Source: Macrostomum lignano
Taxonomy: Eukaryota
Direction of reading: 5' to 3'
Length of the DNA: 64,000 nt
NCBI GenBank assembly: GCA_002269645.1
Contig: NIVC01002393.1
Span: forward strand, 1-64,000
Of the stretch, positions 26,366-64,000 are shown one piece after another. Position 1 is the stretch's first letter; every line of letters starts with the position of its first letter. The notes beneath the pieces were generated by a model. That model was not told the origin of the DNA and searched no databases. It saw nothing but the letters and a program-made list of their open reading frames with translations. The position numbers were made by a program, and so were the translations under genes.

Positions 26366-26667
26366 TTAGAAAGGAAGTTTATTTATCTGAACAAACTCGA
26401 GCGAACCTCGGCTTTTGACTTTTGTCAGACCGGTCAACTTCAATCTTCAGACAAAATCCCTTGGGATAAATCCCTCTGATCTGCTCTGGCGGCTCATTGA
26501 AAATTGTTTGACCGTGAAAGCTTGGTGAGGGGGGAATCGATGCCGAAGGAAAAGGAAAGGTGAGCAGGATTTGACTTCACCTGCTCTTAAGAAGCCATGG
26601 AGACCTGAAATTAAAAATCTGGAACTGGATTACTTGGCTTTGGCTCACGGGAGAAATCATTTCACTT

Positions 26668-27266
26668 AAAAGGGTGAGATTCTCCTGCCGTTCGCTCAGA
26701 AAGGGTGAGATTCTCGTGCTGTTCGCTCAGAAAGGGTGAGATTCTCGTTACTCTCATTCCAATGGGGTGAGATTCTCGTTCCTGCCATTTCAATGGGGTG
26801 AGATTCTCGTTCCTGCCATTCCAATGGGGTGAGATTCTCGTTGTTCTCATTCCAATGGGGTGAGATTCTCGTTGCTCTCATTCCAATGGGGTGAGATTCT
26901 CGTTGCTATCATTTCAATGGGGTGAGACTCTCGTTCCTGCCATTCCAATGGGGTGAGATTCTCGTTGCTCTCATTTCAATGGGGTGAGACTCTCGTTCCT
27001 GCCATTCCAATGGGGTGAGATTCTCGTTGCTCTCATTCCAATGGGGTGAGATTCTCGTTGCTCTCATTCCAATGGGGTGAGATTCTCGTTGCTCTCATTC
27101 CAATGGGGTGAGATTCTCGTTGCTCTCATTCCAATGGGGTGAGATTCTCGTTGCTCTCATTTCAATGGGGTGAGATTCTCGTTGCTCTCATTCCAATGGG
27201 GTGAGATTCTCGTTGCTCTCATTTCAATGGGGTGAGATTCTCGTTGCTCTCATTCCAATGGGGTCA
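26668..27266. repeat. 31-bp minisatellite AATGGGGTGAGATTCTCGTTGCTCTCATTCC
   Basis: Period 31 (26761 to 26792); the first units are diverged. Confidence 0.96.
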
Positions 27267-27519
27267 GACTCTAGAACTTTCACTCCAATTTTTTCCTATC
27301 CAGATACTAAACTCAAGACGTCCATGACAGAGAAAAAGCTGCTGCCCCACAAGTGCTTGCTCCGAGGCCCAATTTAATAACAATAATTAATTATTCAGAG
27401 GGACTCGCAGTATTAGTTGCCATGGAAAGCTAAGCGTGGGGGGTCAGTCTGAAAGTGGAGTGCGGACCAGCTCAACTAGACGAAAATTTCTCTTTGATGA
27501 GTGGAACTGAACACTGAAC

Positions 27520-27582
27520 TGTAGGAAGAGAAGTAGACGCAAAGAGCAGCTGAAAGAGAAAGAGGTAGACAAATAGAGAAGT

Positions 27583-27676
<94 letters not shown>

Positions 27677-27935
27677 AGAGAAGTACACAGATAGAGAGGT
27701 AAACAGAGAGAAGTAGAGAGAGAGAGAGAAGTAGACACAGAGAGAAGTACATGTAGACAGAGAGAGAAGTAGACAGAGAGAGAAGTAGACTGGAGAAGTA
27801 GACACGGAAACAAATAGTTAGGAAGAGAAGTAAATATGGGGAGAAATAGACAGATAGAAAATAGAAGAATAGAAGTAGACGCGTAAAATAATAGAATCAG
27901 ACAAGTAGAAGTCGACAAAGTCGACAGAGAGAAGT
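27520..27935. repeat. (AG)n tract embedded in degenerate AGAAGTAGAC repeats
   Basis: Direct reading. Confidence 0.9.
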
Positions 27936-28322
27936 AGAGCAGTCTTCTCAACAATGAGATGCGTAACTTTTCATTCTAGTAACAAAGAGCAGAAATATAC
28001 ATTAGTATCTGATGAGGGATCAGTCAGCATAGGCAACCCTCAAATAAGATGGCGCCCCGTACATGCCAGCACTGATAAGGCAATCATAGATTAGCGGCAG
28101 GGAGAGGCTGACTGATATCGTAAAATTTCGCATTAAGGTCTTAGGAAATTTTGCGTGTGCTGCATAGCCTGACTTCGGAAAGGGATTATTAGGCTGGCTG
28201 CCCTGCGAATGATAACTCTTGAAGGTCATTAAGGTTTGTCTTCGGTGCATGTAATGCTATATTGAATATGCATGTATTGTGTATCTAGGAACATGGGGTA
28301 CCTAACGGTATTTTGCAGTGAC

Positions 28323-29506
<1,184 letters not shown>

Positions 29507-29889
29507 TAACAATTAATCTATCGTCTGAGTTTTTTTCTATTATAAACCATCCCAACAGTTTCTGAATTGAAAAAGCCGGGACAGATGTTTATTATCATGG
29601 CTAAAAAATTATTAATTTTTATAGTCCAGCATGGCTGCACCAAATCCCCCACATCATGAAATTTATTTTTTTGCTTATCACGTTGCAAATCGAAGTGTTT
29701 TGCTGGCCGGATTCGGGGCCTGCCTGCCCCCTCTCTGCAGACATTCGAGACGAGATTTTACAATCTTCGATTTCGATAAGCCGCGACAGTGTCGTAAAAC
29801 TCGAAATGCCAAGTTCATATTTATATTTTTCTCAGTTAGGAAAGATTTGACACAATATATTTGAATCGCAATCCACACAACGTGGAATA

Positions 29890-30345
29890 AAATGGATTGC
29901 TAATCTAGTCAATATAATTGAGATCAATTGGAATAGAATGGATTGCTAATCTAGCCAATATCATTGGGATCAATTGGAATAGAATGGATTGCTAATCTAG
30001 TCAATATAATTGAGATCAATTGGAATAGAATGGATTGCTAATCTAGCCAATATCATTGGGATCAATTGGAATAGAATGGATTCCTAATCTAGCCAATATC
30101 ATTGGGATCAATTGGAATAGAATGGATTGCTAATCTAGCCAATATCATTGGGATCAATTGGAAAAGAATGGATTGCTAATCTAGCCAATATAATTGGGAT
30201 GAATTAAAAAAGAATGGATTGCTAATCTAGCCAATATAATTGGGATGAATTAAAAAAGAATGGATTGCTAATCTAGCCAATATAATTGAGATCAATTGGA
30301 GTAGAATAGATTGCTAATCTAGTCAATATCATGGATGAATTTGAA
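29890..30345 (+). repeat. 46-bp minisatellite GGATTGCTAATCTAGCCAATATCATTGGGATCAATTGGAATAGAAT
   Basis: Period 46 (29894, 29940, 29986). Reverse-complement relative of the array at 44176-45025. Confidence 0.96.
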
Positions 30346-30457
30346 TACAAATAAGTTACGAAAAATCACAAATCAAGCTTATCGTTAAATATTTTAATAT
30401 CCTACTGGTTTGAGTAGTGCGCAAAGAATTTTGTCGCCGGACTCCAGTCTGCACTGA

Positions 30458-30496
30458 GCAGCCAATGAGAATTGAAGCATTTGTCCATTGGTTAGG
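30458..30496 (+). promoter_or_regulatory. Paired CCAAT (NF-Y-type) boxes upstream of the convertase start codon
   Basis: cagCCAATgagaa (30462-30466) and reverse-oriented ccATTGGttag (30487-30491), about 120-150 bp upstream of ATG 30610. Confidence 0.45.
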
Positions 30497-30609
30497 CAGC
30501 AGTTTTCAGAGACTTAATTGAAAGTGTTCAACCCCTCAGATGTTCCTGTGTGAAGGACGTGAATCCCAGGCGCACAAATCAAATTGACCAACGAGTATTT
30601 ACGCAGGAA

Positions 30610-62450
<31,841 letters not shown>

Positions 62451-62679
62451 ACACATTGACAGGCTGATGTTCTGCCTTGTTAAGCAATATTTAATTTTGC
62501 TTAATTCGTCAACTTCTGGAGCGAACGAACAATGATCGACCTTTGAATAGCTAACTTTGACACTTTCTGTTTATCGCGCTTCCACGTTTCAAAATGCACG
62601 ATTAGGGTACGTTTGTCAGCAGTATGTGAGCGGGCGCCAAAAGCAGCCTGCACATTGGCGCTTAAACTGAAACAGCCCA

Positions 62680-64000
62680 AATACAGGCGCCACAAACAAC
62701 CAAATATAGGCGCTAAATAAAACACCCAAATATAGGTGCCTAAAACACCCAAATATAGGCGCCTAAAACACTCAAATATAGGCACTTAAAACACCCAAAT
62801 ATAGGCACCTAAAACACCCAAATACAGGCGCCTAAAACATCAAAATATAGGCGCCTAAAACACTAAAATATAGGCGCCTAAAACAACCAAATATAGACGC
62901 TTAAAACACCCAAATATAGGCACCTAAAACACCCAAATATAGGCACCTAAAACACCCAAATATAGGCACTTAAAACACCCAAATATAGGCGCCTAAAACA
63001 CCCAAATATAGGCACTTAAAACACCCAAATATAGGCGCCTAAAACACCCAAATATAGGCGCTAAAGCAACCCAAATATAGGTGCTAAAACAACCCAAATA
63101 CAGGCGCCTAAAAAACCCAAAAATAGATGACCAAAAAACCTTAATATAGGCGCTAAAACAACCCAAATATAGGCGCTAAAACAACCCAAATGCAGGCGCC
63201 TAAAAAACCCAAATATAGGCGCCTAAAACATCCAAATACAGGCGCCTAAAACACCCAAAAATAGATGACCAAAAAACCTAAATATAGGCGCTAAAACAAC
63301 CCAAATACAGGCGCCTAAAAAACCCAAATATAGGCGCCTAAAACATCCAAATACAGGCGCCTAAAACACCCAAAAATAGATGACCAAAAAACCTAAATAT
63401 AGGCGCTAAAACAACCCAAATATAGACGCCTAAAACACCCAAATATAGGCGCCTAAAACACCCAAATATAGGCGCCTAAAACATCCAAATACAGGCGCCT
63501 AAAACACCCAAAAATAGATGACCAAAAAACCTAAATATAGGCGCTAAAACAACCCAAATATAGACGCCTAAAACACCCAAATATAGGCGCCTAAAACACC
63601 CAAATATAGGCGCCTAAAACACCCAAATACAGGCGCCTAAAAAACCCAAATATAGGCGCCTAAAACATCCAAATACAGGCGCCTAAAACACCCAAATATA
63701 GACGCTTAAAACACCCAAATATAGGCACCTAAAACACCCAAATATAGGCACCTAAAAAACCTAAATATAGGCGCTAAAACAACCCAAATATAGGCACCTA
63801 AAACACCAAAATATAGGCACCTAAAACACCCAAATACAGGCGCCTTAAACACCCAAATATAGGCGCCTAGAACACCCAAATACAGGCGTCTAAAACACCC
63901 AAATATAGGCACCTAAAACACCCAAAAATAGGCGCTAAAACACCCAAATATAGGCGCCTAAAACACCCAAAAATAGATGACTAAAAAACCTACATATAGG
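62680..64000. repeat. 23-bp minisatellite AAAACACCCAAATATAGGCGCCT, running off the window
   Basis: Period 23 (63574 to 63597). Confidence 0.96.

Noticed and set aside
28005-28050. CTGATGA motifs (also at 35304, 45523 and CTGATGG at 53503) as hammerhead ribozymes
   Set aside because: None has the required stem II followed by GAAA and the closing stems.
30550-30609. Upstream in-frame extension of convertase exon 1 (GTG start)
   Set aside because: The signal peptide begins at the ATGs at 30610 and 30619; the extension is non-AUG and hydrophilic.

Overview
Eukaryotic (invertebrate metazoan) genomic DNA with spliceosomal GT-AG introns. The minisatellite density, short introns and gene content resemble a free-living flatworm such as Macrostomum; this is inference, not identification. 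Three protein-coding loci are supportable. (1) A compact multi-exon minus-strand gene (ATG 9780, running off the left edge) encodes a very large secreted protein: signal peptide, EMI-like CCPGW motif, EGF-like exons, then many FN3/Ig-like repeats. It carries patches of single-base run-contraction frameshifts. (2) An intronless class A peptide-type GPCR (22223-23599). (3) An 11-exon furin/PC5-like proprotein convertase (30610-62450, about 756 aa, intact D-H-S triad and Asn oxyanion residue) whose introns are inflated by repeats. About 28 kb of the window (roughly 45%, from my boundary estimates) is tandem repeat, in about 35 separate arrays. There is also a tRNA/CORE-type SINE and a candidate non-autonomous Helitron carrying two minisatellites. 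Most long ORFs in the supplied track are repeat artefacts. No rRNA, intact tRNA or CRISPR array was found. The most interesting signals are mutually complementary repeat pairs bracketing the convertase's two longest introns, the minisatellite-carrying Helitron candidate, and the atypical convertase C-terminus.
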